A stretch of DNA of 64,000 nt from Laetmonice hystrix. Lineage: Eukaryota. Under the pieces are notes generated by a model, which saw nothing but the letters and a program-made list of their open reading frames with translations, was not told the origin of the DNA and did not search any database. Below, piece after piece: positions 1 through 36,450 of this stretch; position 1 is the first letter of the stretch, and every line of letters begins with the position of its first letter. A program made the position numbers and the translations under genes. The DNA lies in the NCBI GenBank assembly GCA_965235115.1, contig OZ249449.1, positions 9,362,001 through 9,426,000 on the forward strand, read 5' to 3'.

Positions 1-192
1 TTCAACAGGTAAGGATCGTAGGGAGAAAGAATAATCTGGGCACAGAGTCGACTGTTCAACAGGTAAGGATCGTAGGGAGAAAGAATAATCTGGGCACAGA
101 GTCGACTGTTCAACAGGTAAGGATCGTAGGCAGAAAGAATAATCTGGGCACAGAGTCGACTGTTCAACAGGTAAGGATCGTAGGCAGAAAGA
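1..192 (+). repeat. 54-bp tandem repeat spanning an exon/intron junction (at least 3.5 copies, truncated by the window edge)
   Basis: Unit ttcaacag|gtaaggatcgtagg(g/c)agaaagaataatctgggcacagagtcgactg, with the GT donor at 9, 63, 117 and 171. The unit reads VRIVGRKNNLGTESTVQQ with no stop. Confidence 0.97.
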
Positions 193-3100
193 TAAACCTA
201 CACCATGATATTTCTGTCAATGTATGGAGATACAGTAACTAAAGGTAGGGAGAATGTCAAAATATACATGAGTCAAAGTCAAGGTTGATTTCAGACATGC
301 CCGAGAATAGCCATATATTATTCCACTACCACACGTTGTTTGTCAAATATTCCGTCGTCAGCTTCGTGTTGCTCATGCCTTGTAATTGTAGCAAGTCCGC
401 TGGGGGTGGGTTAAACCCCCTCCAAGCGCCCCCCCCCCCCCCCCACAAAGTGGGTCCACCACTGAGCGCTGACATTTTCAATTTCTACTGATCATTAGCA
501 ATTCAACACAAGTTTCCGTAAGTAATATGTGCACCATATACAAAAGATACCCTGAGATTGTACTATTATTGTGTTATTTTTTTATCTCAGAGACTGGAGA
601 ACGTGTTGGGATTTAAACTTGTCATCAAGACCTGCGCCAGCTCGTTCTTCTGTCTGAGTTGTCAGGACAAACTGAGTACAATCGAACGCCTGACTGACGA
701 CTTTCGCACCACATACATACACACACAGGCCACTCATCTGTAAGTTGGAGCAAGGATTCTTTTTTTATACAATTTTTTCCATCATTAGAATTAAATAAAA
801 ATTTCAGTAAAAATTGGGATAAAAGAAAGTGGGCTTTAATTTGTTTATTCAGAAGATGATGTTAAATAACTTATTGTTTTCTACTAGAGTCCCGCCAGAA
901 GACGTCACATGTCAAGGTCACCCAGACCAAGAGGTCAAGGCCACTCTCAAGGTAACTAGATCTTTGATTTGAGGTGCAAGAGCAGATATTTACGCATCCA
1001 CTTAAAATAATGAGGCCAACAAAGCTAACAAATTGTTTCATGGTGAGTAACCTTGATGTAATCTACATTTTATCTTTATCATTTTATGGCAATCCTGTGG
1101 GTACCAGCTAGTCTTAATTTTTTTTTCTTGTTGGCACAACAGGTTTGAAGAAGACTAAATAATTTTGTGTCTTTTTGGCATCATTCAATATTTAGATTAA
1201 GTCTCTCAGTTTCTGAGCCCATGAGCTGAGCAGAGCTTGTAGGGGCTGTTTTTACAATGGTATTTCCTAGATAACCCCAAATTTTGATAAACTGTACATT
1301 TGACTGTACCTTTAAAATATATAAAATCCGAAAATAATTTTATAATAATTGAAATAAACACATGTTGTCTTCAATTCAGGACAACATCATCACACCTGAT
1401 GCAAATGATGGTCACCAGGTGGCAGCAACATCCGAGCAAGCCCAGGAGGAATCGTGTTCAGTGCCCCCTGGTACCGATATGGTGACAACCCCAGTGGAGC
1501 CGAAGCCACCTGCACGGAAAAGAGGCCGACCCAGAAAAGTCAATCCTGCAAACGATGGTCACCAGGTGGCAGCAACATCCGAGCAACCCCAGGAGGAATC
1601 GTGTTCAGTGCTCCCTGGTACCGATATGGTGACAACCCCAGTGGAGCCGAAGCCACCTGCACGGAAAAGAGGCCGACCCAGAAAAGTCAATCCTGGCACG
1701 GCAACGTTGAATCAAACAATCCCTAAGAAACGGTCCTGTATGCAGAAAGAACCAAAGCAAAATGAGTCGGCTGCTGCAAAACCTGAAATCTCTGGTAGTG
1801 AAAATAATTCCGAGAACCTGGCTGATTTAGAGAGCTGTAACCAGGCGCCAGCGTCTGAGAAAAACTCTGGGCAGGCGAAACCTCCGAGGTCTCGAAGGAA
1901 ACAAGCATTGACTCACATTATAAGGAAGCAATCCTTCGAGAGTCGGGAACAAGAAAACGGAAGTCAGATGGGAGGTGTCGTCAAATCATCCGAGTCGGGA
2001 AGTCACGTCTGTAACATCTGCAGCACCAAATTCAAGACGGCATACAGACTGACCCGACACTTGAGGACGCACAGCGGCGACCGTCCTTTTCATTGTAAGG
2101 TGTGCAGTAAACGGTTCGCCGATCGTTACCACCTTACTCGACACAGCCAAACTCACACGGGGATACGGCCACACAAGTGTGAACACTGCAGCGCCACCTT
2201 CAGAGAGCGCAAGAAACTGGAGGAACACATTTATATACACACTGGAGAGATGCCGTTCACTTGCGACTTATGCGACGCCAAGTTTGGCCGTGCTGAGGCA
2301 CTAAAGATTCACATATGGGGTCACACTGGCGCCTGGCCCCACAAGTGTGTCCTTTGCGGGGCGGGGTTCGCCCGGGCTGCTGACATTCGCCATCATATGT
2401 TGACGCACACAGGTGAGAAACCCTATGCGTGTATTGTCTGTTCCCAGTGTTTCCGATGTGAGAACACACTTAAAGTACACTTGAGAACGCACACTGGGGA
2501 AAAACCATATCGCTGCGACCAGTGCCCAGCGACATTCTCCGTATCTAATGGTCTTAAGGAACATATAAGGACACACAGCGGTAAACGCACTTTCCTATGT
2601 GACACGTGTGGTGCTTCATTTGTCCACCAGAGCGGGCTGCACCAACATTCAAAGATTCACGGTGCACCAAAAAATCATGTGTGTCCCAACTGCCCGAAGG
2701 CATTCCTCACGGCGGCCATTCTACGCCGTCACATCCGCATACACACCGGAGAGCGGCCTTACCTGTGTACAGTGTGCGGGAAAGGTTTCAAGCGGCCAGG
2801 GGAGCTATCAACACACCACCGTTACCACTCCGGCGACAGGCCACATCAGTGCGTCCAGTGCAATAAACGCTTTGTCACAAAAACCCACCTAAAGCGCCAC
2901 CTATTGATCCATGCCGAGGGCAGAGCGAAGCCGGCGTTGCCGACCAGAACCAACTTGAAACAGTTTAAATACGAACACGCCTGTACTGTGTGTGGCAGAC
3001 ATTTCCCACGACTTGAAACATTAATGAAACACATGGCCAAGCAGCATCCTGTGGCGACATCTAGTCAGAACACAGTGGAACCTGAGCTGGCCCCGCCGAC

Positions 3101-3194
3101 ATCTGGCATGAGTTTTATGACCGTCAACACGGGAGTGTATGAGGATCTTGGTCTGGGTTACATACCGATCAACATGGCCACGCTTGATCCATGA
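1..3194 (+). CDS. AT-hook + 12x C2H2 zinc-finger protein with possible N-terminal ZAD-like region; 5' end lies upstream of the window
   Basis: Exons: upstream exon ending at one of the CAG|GTAAGG donors (intron starts 9/63/117/171), then 591-739, 888-951 and 1380-3194 (TGA). Phases join 0/2/0. The last exon has two RKRGRPRK AT-hooks and 12 CxxC..H..H fingers with TGEKP-type linkers. Exon 591-739 encodes RLENVLGFKL..FFCLSCQDKLSTIERLTDDF. The ORF-track start at 1362 is intronic (acceptor ttcaattcag ends at 1379). AATAAA at 3666-3671. Confidence 0.9.
1401..1694 (+). repeat. 147-bp (49-aa) in-frame tandem duplication that duplicates an AT-hook
   Basis: ANDGHQVAATSEQ(A/P)QEESCSV(P/L)PGTDMVTTPVEPKPPARKRGRPRKVNP occurs twice, at 1401-1547 and 1548-1694. 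Confidence 0.97.
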
Positions 3195-5951
3195 ACTAAT
3201 TAATTATTTTAATTAATTTATTAGTTTTGCTGGATTTTTATGATAAATATCCAGAAATCTGACAAAAAGTAGTCCTAGGTCTGAATCAGGATGATGACTC
3301 TCCACTCAACCCCATGACCTCTACCAATCCGCATAGATAACCAAACCATCCCACTACTCAGGATGAGGGCCTTCATCTCTCTACCAATCAGGATTCATGA
3401 CTCCATCCTTCCACACAGTCACCATGAACCCATCGACCCCTCGGCATTAACCCCCCCCCCCCCGCCCCCAATGTTTGCCCCAATCAGTACTGAGGGATAA
3501 TGGGTAAAAAAAAGTATGTTAATTTGAATCTCGAATGAATTGATTAGGCTAGGCGATTGGTTAGGCTACGTATGTTTGTATCATGTTAATGTGTCTTTAT
3601 TATTACTGGCGAGGTTACTCTATGAATGATGAATGAAATTAAATCTGTGGCACAGATTTCAATGAAATAAAACGCTTGTTGTTACATGAAAATTTGAGTT
3701 TTTATTATGATAGATTTGTCCTTCCTTCTCTTGCTACAAATGAAAATTTTATTTCTGGTTATCATGAACCCCTGTAATCGTCAACGTGAAGGAATAATTC
3801 ATTACTTGTAGACTGATCGGAGGTAGAATGACAACTGCAGCGTTCAGCTGTGGTGTATTTGTGAAGTGTGTGGAAGTCATGGCCTCAAATTATGATTTCA
3901 ATGTGAAAACCCCAGATTTTATGTCGTGCATAAAAATCCCCATTAAAAATACATTGACGAGACGACGAGGTTACGACGGGTTGTGAAACACACCCCTGGG
4001 GCCCGTATTTTACGAGCTCATAATTTCTATAGATAATAACAGCGTTTTTAATGCTTTGGCTCCAACAGTTGAGCTATCTAAATCGGACAAACACACTGTG
4101 TCAAGATGGCGTCTACAGCCGATTTCCCATAAGTCGTGTTGCTAGAAACTGATAAAAAATAGTAACAAGTAAAATAACGTCTAAAAGAATCTTTATTGAG
4201 TACTCAAGAAGTTAACAGTTTCACTGATATTGGGAGAAAACAAGGCGGTCGTTCAATGCTCACTGCTTCCTCCGGACCCCAAAAATTCCTGCTGGCCACC
4301 TCGACAACTGGTCACCGTAACACGTAGCCATGTCGCGACTCCAGATCTTCAAACGTGGCCGCACGGTCTGTTCTCCATCGTCACGAGTTCCAATACTTGT
4401 ATCGACTCAATCCTTCACATGGCAGGATTTTGTCTCATCGTTATTTTATTAGCAGTGGTAGTAGTATATATCCTTGTGTATCAATGACAACCGCTTGAAC
4501 TGCCCAACATAGTAAGGACCAAAAATTATTGGGGTCACAGCTTATTGACTGTTCCTGTAGATTTTATCACTAGCCTGCAATAAGTTGTGTGTGCACTGGG
4601 ACTATTGGGCTCAAGAAAACCCCTGGTGGCAATATGCATCATTAATAATAAAAACAACTCATAGTCACTACAATAACAACCACCAGAGGGCGTGGAGTTA
4701 CACCGTGAAACATCTGCATATTCAGGGCGACTGTGCTATCGAGGGCACAGCGTCATTCCGTCTCCATCGTAACATTTTCCTAAAACCTCCAGTATTTCAT
4801 ACGCCATCTGGCTGATAAAATTAGAACTGACTGGAATGTGATGCCGACTAGGTGGGAACTGGGGTGGGGAATTAGGGCGACAAACATCAAAGAGTCGAAG
4901 CAACACGAACAAGGCGACATACGGGAGGGACCCCCGAGTGCACTCTGACGGCAAACAGGACCTCCAAGTGTACTAATCAGACGTCATCTACTTCAGGAAC
5001 TGCACTTATTAATTAGTCATACAGACCTCTGCTAGAGTTAGGCCAGATAAAAACCTTCATGGGTTTTCGTTTTTAAAATTCCTGCTGTACACTAGAGGGC
5101 AGCAGCAGCAGCACTGAAGATTCTCTTACAAGATTTTACTTTCCTTCACAGGTCATTACTTCTCTACAGACAATCTACAAGCAAACAATGATTAAAAAAA
5201 ATGTAGAAAGCATCCCGAACAAATCACATCAAACTTAGTCCGACTGATCTCGGTGACCAGCGGACTTGTTCTCTGATCATAAACTGGGTATAAGACTGAA
5301 TTGATTCGTTTCTCAACTACTTTTTGAATGACAGAAGCTAAGTTAATTACCAAGTGCTCCTCCTCCGTACTTCTCTTCTCCACCACCAGATGGCTCTGAC
5401 TGACATATCACTACACATTATATTCTAACCTATGTACCGTTTTCTCTTTCGCAGTGGAATCTAGATGGCGCTGTATACGCCTCGCTGCTACTTTTGCAGA
5501 GTATCCTATGTTCATCTCCCAGGAGCACGTGCAGCGGCGCGTTCTCTTGGCACGGAAACTCGAAGCCGTGGCTGTGGTTTATTATTACAATTTGTTAATT
5601 ACCTAGACATGCCAGCATTCACTCATCTCATAGGTATTGTTTTAAACATCCACTTGTTGTTGGAGATACAAGCATAGTCATTATACAAGTAAAAGTTATC
5701 TAATGTAACTGATGTCAGGTCCACTTTGGGTGCGCCCCAGTCACTGATGATGACGTAACACAGCCAAACTATCGTAGCTCCCCCTGGGGACTGATCCTCA
5801 GCGGCCCCCGAGAGACCGTTCAGTCGATGGAAGTGGTAGATACTGCGCAGGTTGTTACTGTATGGGAACAGCAGCAGGGCTGCATGGTGCAGCGATAGGT
5901 GGCGCCGCGTTGTGGTGGAGAAGATGCGGCGACGGAGGCGGAACAGCGACG

Positions 5952-29576
<23,625 letters not shown>

Positions 29577-29642
29577 CTTGGATGAAGAGGTGTGGCCTAT
29601 GCGCTGACGACAATATTAGCGTGTAATACCTGTCAATCAAGA

Positions 29643-29827
29643 TGACGTCATCGGGCACCGGCTCTTGCCTTTCTAAAATTCTAGTTTATAATTTATATTT
29701 TACGATAGTATGCCTACGATGAAAGTCTTACAGTTATTATGAAGAGCTGCCTTTTCCAACGACTTATAATCTAACGGCTATGAAAGGGAAATTATATTGA
29801 TGGAGGATGAGGCTGGCACTGACGTCA
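29643..29827 (-). promoter_or_regulatory. Putative TATA-less ATP1A promoter with two CRE/ATF palindromes
   Basis: TGACGTCA at 29643-29650 and 29820-29827, upstream of the exon 1a ATG at 29576. Confidence 0.55.
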
Positions 29828-30076
29828 TGGAAACGCTGGTTCGAGCGGTCGCCGCTGAAGGTCATCAGCGCGTGCCAGCCAGTCAGCGTCCCAGCCCAAC
29901 CGGCTATAGTACCACATATTGCCACCAGAGGGCGGCAGCTCAGCTACCGCGCTACCGTACCTCGTGCCACTTCAGTTGCATGCATGACTGTCCGTTCGTT
30001 AAAATTCTCATTGAAAATAGGCCTACATGGGGAAATACAACAAACGGGGAGTCATGCAACTGGCCCGCATACTTAG

Positions 30077-31077
30077 CAGGCCCGTAGGCTGGGGGGGTTA
30101 CTTGGGTTACTCGTAACCTACCCGCAGAGGCAGCCCAGGTCCGCCTAGTCAAGGTAAAAAGGTCTGCCCATGCAGGGGCGCGGGACCGATTTTTCAGTTG
30201 GAGGAGGGGGCACAAATATGCCCCACCAATTGAAAAAACGATGTATGGTTGTTAGGCCTCCAATTTTTCATTTTTTTTCTGGGGGAACATGTCCCGGCCC
30301 CCAGATTCAGACCCCCCTAGCACGCCCATATTCAATATGACCTGACCAGGGGCAGAACTGCACTGCCACTGGTATCTCAGAAGAGGCGAGAACCACCCGG
30401 GGGGTGGGGTGGGGGTGGGGGGGGGTTTACTTCCCAATCTAAAAATTAAAAAAAAAAAAAAATTGCTGGTGCATTTTACATTCTTAAACGTTGGAACCAC
30501 TGGTAGGCCTATTGGAAACAAGTTTCAATATCAGTGCATGGTCAAGAAATAGCTCTGGATCCACCCCATGCAAATTTATGGAACTCATTTCACTATAGGC
30601 CTAAGCAGTGCACCCCTCTCTCGCCCCATGTGCCCTTTTCTCTCCCCCTCAGGTGCCCTTTTTTATTTTACGAAAGATATTTAAAATCTAAATGTCCAAT
30701 TGTCTATTATAGCCCTAAAGGCTGGTCTATATCGCGTATCTGGCACTGTAATTTATTTTTTTTTCTGGGGGAGGACCCCCAGACCCCCTGCCTTCATGGC
30801 TTCGCGCCTTCGGCGCTCGCACCCATGGGGGACATCCCCTTTACCAAATTCCTGGATTCGCCCCTGACTGCCCCCACACTCAGACATTACTAACTACGGC
30901 CCTGTTGGTATGTGCATAGGTCTATAGGCCTATGCCACTTTTATTTGACTGTTTAGGCTATACTCACTGGGAGAGGGTGAGAAAGTGCCCTTTATCCATA
31001 GCACCCCCCCCCTTTGAAAATCCTGGGTCCGCCCCTGATAAGTAACCCACCCATTTTCAGACCAGCCTACGGGCCTG
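30077..31077. mobile_element. Non-autonomous TIR DNA element, 1 kb, 5-bp TSD
   Basis: Perfect 16-bp TIR CAGGCCCGTAGGCTGG / CCAGCCTACGGGCCTG, with CTTAG on both flanks. Confidence 0.85.
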
Positions 31078-31102
31078 CTTAGTGCTGCCCCAGTCGGAGT
31101 CC

Positions 31103-31397
31103 CAGGCGCGTGTCCAGGATTTTCAGCAGGGGGGGGGGGGGGGTCTCAGAATTTTTTTTTTAAATTAGAAGCTCTGAAACGTGATTTCCCGCCATTTAGG
31201 GCCATTTTAGGGCATTATAGGCCTATTTTGTACATTCATCGATCAACAGGTTCAAAACGGCGGAAATGCTTAGAAAAAAATTGCTGAACGGGTTGAAAAC
31301 GGCAGGAATGCTTAGAAAAAATCTATGCTTTGTGGGAGCAGGGGGGGGGGGTCCGGACCCCCTGGACCCCCCCCCCCCCCCTCTGGACACGCGCCTG
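31103..31397. mobile_element. MITE, 295 bp, 5-bp TSD
   Basis: 15-bp TIR CAGGCGCGTGTCCAG / CTGGACACGCGCCTG, with AGTCC on both flanks. Confidence 0.85.
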
Positions 31398-31899
31398 AGT
31401 CCAGATAGATCTAGGCCCTACATTCATAAACAAAATGGGACTGAGGCGGCATAATGTGAGAGGGAAAATGGGGTAGGGCCTAGATCCGGGTTTAGTAAGT
31501 ACGGTACTACAATATTCCCGCGCAAAAAAAAAATCGGTCCTGATCGAGGCTGAGGCGGAGATTCGCCTTCATCCGAGGAGATTATTGTTGGGCCGGGGGG
31601 GGGGGGGCAAAACTAAGAACACTCAAATAGATCTAATTAGGCCTCAGATGGAAAACTTTGTCTTTGTAGGCATAGGCTAGGCCTGTATCTTACAAGACAA
31701 GACAACACCGGCCCTATCGCGCACTATCCTCGAGCTAGACTCTACAGCCAGCAGAGGGAGGGTTAAAAAAATGATAGGCCATAGGTAATAGGGCATATCT
31801 GCTCAGCACTTGAAGTTGAACCAGTGTGAACCGGTCCTTCTTGAGACGTTTCGTAGAGTCTACTAGTACTAGAGGTGACATCGGCGGGTTTAGCGAGCT

Positions 31900-34800
31900 A
31901 TGACGACGTCGTTGGGAATCGTCGCACGCCAAGCAGCGTTTCTACTCCGGCCGACCGTCGCCATAGCACCGCGGAGCCGGGGAGTGTTCCGGGGAGTGGT
32001 CCACGCCAAGGTGAAGGTTACTCCCCCTCATCACGGTGGCATCTTGGCAACAACGTTCAACATGTCCACTTCATCCAGCACAGCCGACGCGGCGGACGAT
32101 TTGATTTTCAGACAGGTGAGTTGTCGAGCAGGCACGTGTTGACCAGTATGGCAGCCTACCGAAACGAAAGAACATGTATGCATTCACGATTCAGCAAATC
32201 CTGCACAAATGTTTGCGGAAGTGTGGTCTCACTCAACCCAACGACAACGTCTCAACGACTCAACTCGATCAAGTCAAAATCACTGCTTGTTTAGAAATAT
32301 TGCAGAGATTTTGCCTGTGATGGAGTGCCCCGCCCCCTATGGCTATATGCTATCCTGGGGCTGGGCAGACTATAGCATAGGCCTAGTAGTAAAGTAGGCC
32401 TTTAGTTTTACTTACGACCAGTCTAACGACAGGTTGTGAAACGCACCCCAGCCCATAGGGGCGGGGCACTCAATCACAGGCAAAATCTCTGCAAAATTTC
32501 TAAAGCCAGGTGGCAGCACAAACTCATGCTAGGTGAGGGCAAGAAAAAAAACACTTATGCACTGCTTCTGAAATGACACTCCCACATAGCCTACCAGAAA
32601 CCAGGAATTTTATTTTTATGGCCTGGTGTAACCAAAAGCATTATACTTCCTTTAGAGCCCGAATAGAGGGGATGGCAGCATATATGACACCAGCTAGCTG
32701 TATTTAAAAACTAAAATGTGGACTGTGATACTGATAGGACCAGGAGAGAAATGATGCTTTACTTTACCTGAGAATTTATAACTCAGTTAACATCCCACTT
32801 ATACTTTAATTGAATGAAGTCTGTAAATTCTCCTCTGTTTCAGTTGTTTGACAACAAGTCGTGCACCTACACATACCTTCTCGCAGATCCTCAAACAAAG
32901 GAAGCCATCCTGATTGATCCTGTCGTTGAACTTGTCGACCGTGACCTTCACCTTGTACATGACCTTGACCTGAACCTAATCTATGGAGGTCAGTACGACG
33001 TGCTGTTTATAGTTATTATCCTAGTGTCACTATTTTATTTGTTTTCATTAAATATGATGGTTACCATGGTAACTTTCTTTTGTAGTAAACACCCATGTCC
33101 ATGCGGACCACGTGACGGGTACCGGAGAGTTGAAGAAGAAGGTACCGTCATGTCGGAGCATAATTTCCAAACTCGCAAAGGCGAAGGCTGATATCCAGGT
33201 CGCTGAGGGAGACCACATTAAATTTGGCCAATTTGAGCTTGAATGCCGCAGCACGCCAGGACACACAGATGGTGAGTCAAGGTCAAGGACACGCAGTGAT
33301 TATTTCAATAGATTTACATCTCGTACACTACCTGAAGGCTATCAAAAATACTTCTTTTATTGTTGGAAAATTTCATTATAATTTGCCAGGATGTGACTGA
33401 AGTATCCCTAAAATGGTAAGAGAATAAGGTGCTTAAAGTACGCCAGTACAAGCAAAGAGCAAATTGAAGATATAGGAGAAATTGTGCCTTAAATAGATAA
33501 GAAAAGTGGTGTTTTCAAAAATAAATCCCATAAGAGATAATAATGAAATGAGAGTTGTTTATTTCAGGATGCACAACGTATGTGTTACGTGGGAAAGACA
33601 TGGCCTTCACTGGCGATGCACTCCTCGTCCGGGGATGTGGACGGACAGACTTCCAACAGGGTGACTATCAATTATCTCACCTATCAACTTTCTGCATAAA
33701 TATTGTATTCTCCTATCTCGAAAATTCTCAACGTGAGCAAAGCTTACTGTAAACTTACTGCCTCCTGATTGGCTGGTCTAGGCAGACCAGCCAATCAGAA
33801 GCCGGTAAGTTTAAATAGAAGTGTAAGCTTCAGTCAAGTTGCCATTTTCGAGGTACTGAGCCCAGAAGGTGCCTGTGATATGGTGTTTACCCACCTTGTG
33901 TACGCCTTATCCACAGCAAAATATGGTACCATCCATAGCCTGATCATTCAAAAAATGCTGTCTTTCACGTACGGATGTGAAAAAAATTAGTTCAGCCGTT
34001 TAGTAAGAGCCGTACTGAGATGTCTTGAATATATTTTCTTTGGTTTCAGTTAGCTGGACCAGCTTTGGCCCAAGAGGACTCAAGGTTTATTAGAGTAAAG
34101 TGAGGGTGTAGAAAGATTCTGATTTGCTCTAAATCTTAGCTTTAGGAATTGAGTTTTTATTTTGTTCACTAAAGATTTTACGTGACAGATTCATATAAAT
34201 ATTAATGAATGTTTAACAGCGCGTTTGAGTAGTTTCCATTTTCTGTTTTGTCTAGGGAGTGCTGCAACATTGTATGATTCAGTTCATACAAAGATTCTGA
34301 GTTTGCCACCGCAGACAAAACTCTTCCCAGCACATGACTACACAGGTAAGGAATCATCCTAGCATCTGGTCAGATATCTGGGCCCAGGGTTTCAAAAATT
34401 CTCAACTTGAGTAAAGCTTACTGGGTACTTAAGTGAACTAACAGAAAAATAATTTCTCAGGACCTGTAAATTTACTCAATATCTAAGCTCAAGTCATAGC
34501 CAATTGCCATCTTTGATTCAATATGCATTGTCATGGTTTTAAATAGCAGACATGGTTTGCTGGGTTGAGAAAGGTCTATGCAACAACAAAGCTTCGTGCA
34601 TGTAAGTTCTGGGATAGGGACCACTTGACTTGGACTACATTGTGATTTGAACTCTGAACCTTGTAGGTCAGATGATGACTACAGTGATGGAAGAGCTGAA
34701 GTTTAACAAACGTTTGACAAAATCCAAAGAGGAATTTATTAAGATCATGGACAACCTCAATCTACCCTATCCAAAGTACATCGGTGAGTAGGAATGGCTC

Positions 34801-35080
34801 AGTTTCTTAACTGCTTTCTGGGGGGGGGGGGAGATCTTGATCACTGCGAAGGGACTGCTTTAAAAATTAAATTAAATGGCAACGGTATGTAGCACTCTAC
34901 CATGGGCTCAGTACTGTAATTTGAAATTCCCGCTATATATGATATATATGATGAGGATGGACATAACACCAGGTTATCTGACGTAAGGATTTCCATTCTT
35001 TTATTTCAGACAAGGCCCTCCCTGCCAACATGGTGTGTGGTGTGTGTGACATTCCAGATGACACGGCCGCCAAAGCTTAA
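31900..35080 (+). CDS. ETHE1: Mitochondrial persulfide dioxygenase ETHE1 (metallo-beta-lactamase fold), 305 aa
   Basis: Exons 31900-32115, 32844-32988, 33086-33271, 33568-33660, 34256-34345, 34667-34783, 35010-35080 (918 nt). Motifs [36 protein letters not shown] and PAHDY. The Arg-rich, acid-free N-terminus fits a mitochondrial presequence. Confidence 0.97.
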
Positions 35081-36450
35081 GTTAGATCATTGATTGATGT
35101 GGAATTGGTGTTAAAGTTTATGTTATTGGCATCCAGGGATCGGAAGTCTTTTAAAAAACTGATGCATTTACCACATTCGATGTAATTTTAGAACATTGAA
35201 CAGGTGACAATGTCGTGAAAGTTGATACAGTTTTTATATTTTTTCACATATTTGTGAACTGTAGCAGGAATTTTGGATGCAATATTGCAATATTTTTTTA
35301 GAATTAATGAGATTAAAAAGTGACAACAACATCATATCCTTCACATAAGTAGATATAAATTCACGAAATTAAAAATTACTAAATGAGAAATTCAGAAGAA
35401 AGGTCACAAAAATGTGTAGTTTTACAGTAATTTGTGCACGTTACATGCGTAGCCAGTTGACACTGGATGTGATAGAACTGTGCTGGTTAAACTGGGAGAC
35501 GTTACAGTTAACATTAACACTACAATGTATGTGGTGACACTAACACTGGTACTTTATGTGATAACACTATAACATTGGCACTACATGTTGTAACACTGAG
35601 ACAGTGAGCCTGTGATGTTGTGGGTCAAGTCATTCAGCCTTGCTTGAGCTCAAAGTAAACATTAGACCATGCAAACATAGCAAGATTGATAAGATGACAA
35701 GACTTAAGTAATTTGAGATTAGTGCCTTTGTGAATCTTTTTATCTTGCCACTTAATTGTATTTCACTGGCCACAGGAATATTTGATAAAAATCACACTTG
35801 CTAGTTCATATTGTTCGAGCAACACTCTGAAATCGAAAGAAAAAAAAATGATAGAAACTGCTGGGAATCACTTTGTTTGGGTAACCACATGGCAGGGTTT
35901 GGTATGATGTGGCTAAGGTCATCAAATAATTTACAGTTATTGAGAGTTTGGTTTGATATAAATTTGGTCAAACTTTGTTATATTTTGTGATCATGATAAA
36001 AACGAGATGTATTTTTTAAAAGTTATAGGATACAATTTTATCCTAAACATTTTCTTGTTTGTAATGAATTGTCACCGTCCATCACCTTGTACTGTCACAA
36101 AATAAAGGTTTCGGTATCCATATATATTCGCCTGCGTTTGTTTTATTCTATAGACATTATATAGGTACGTGCCATTCCCTTAGAAAACCTCCTAGGGGCC
36201 TCCTGCGTAAATCCTAAACTTGAAAAGCCAGAAATAACTTGCGCCACCTGGTGAGTTGTACGGTTCACTCCGCCAGGGGGCTCCTCACCCCTAGCGGGAG
36301 AACAGAGAAACAGTCTACCGGAAGTTGTAGATGGGGACGAGGCATCGTGTTGTCATCCGGACCCATAAATATATGTCTCTTGAGATCTAGTTCAGAAACT
36401 TCGTTGTTGCAACTCTTTTAATCCCGCGCTCAGCCTTACCCGAGAGGAAG

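Noticed and set aside
1362-1379. ORF-track start MLSSIQ for the zinc-finger protein
   Set aside because: It lies in the acceptor of an intron; upstream in-phase exons at 591-739 and 888-951 extend the gene.
33750-33812. About 29-bp-arm hairpin in an ETHE1 intron (possible pre-miRNA or ncRNA)
   Set aside because: Near-perfect palindrome with a 4-nt loop, more typical of the MITE cores abundant in this window; no independent support.
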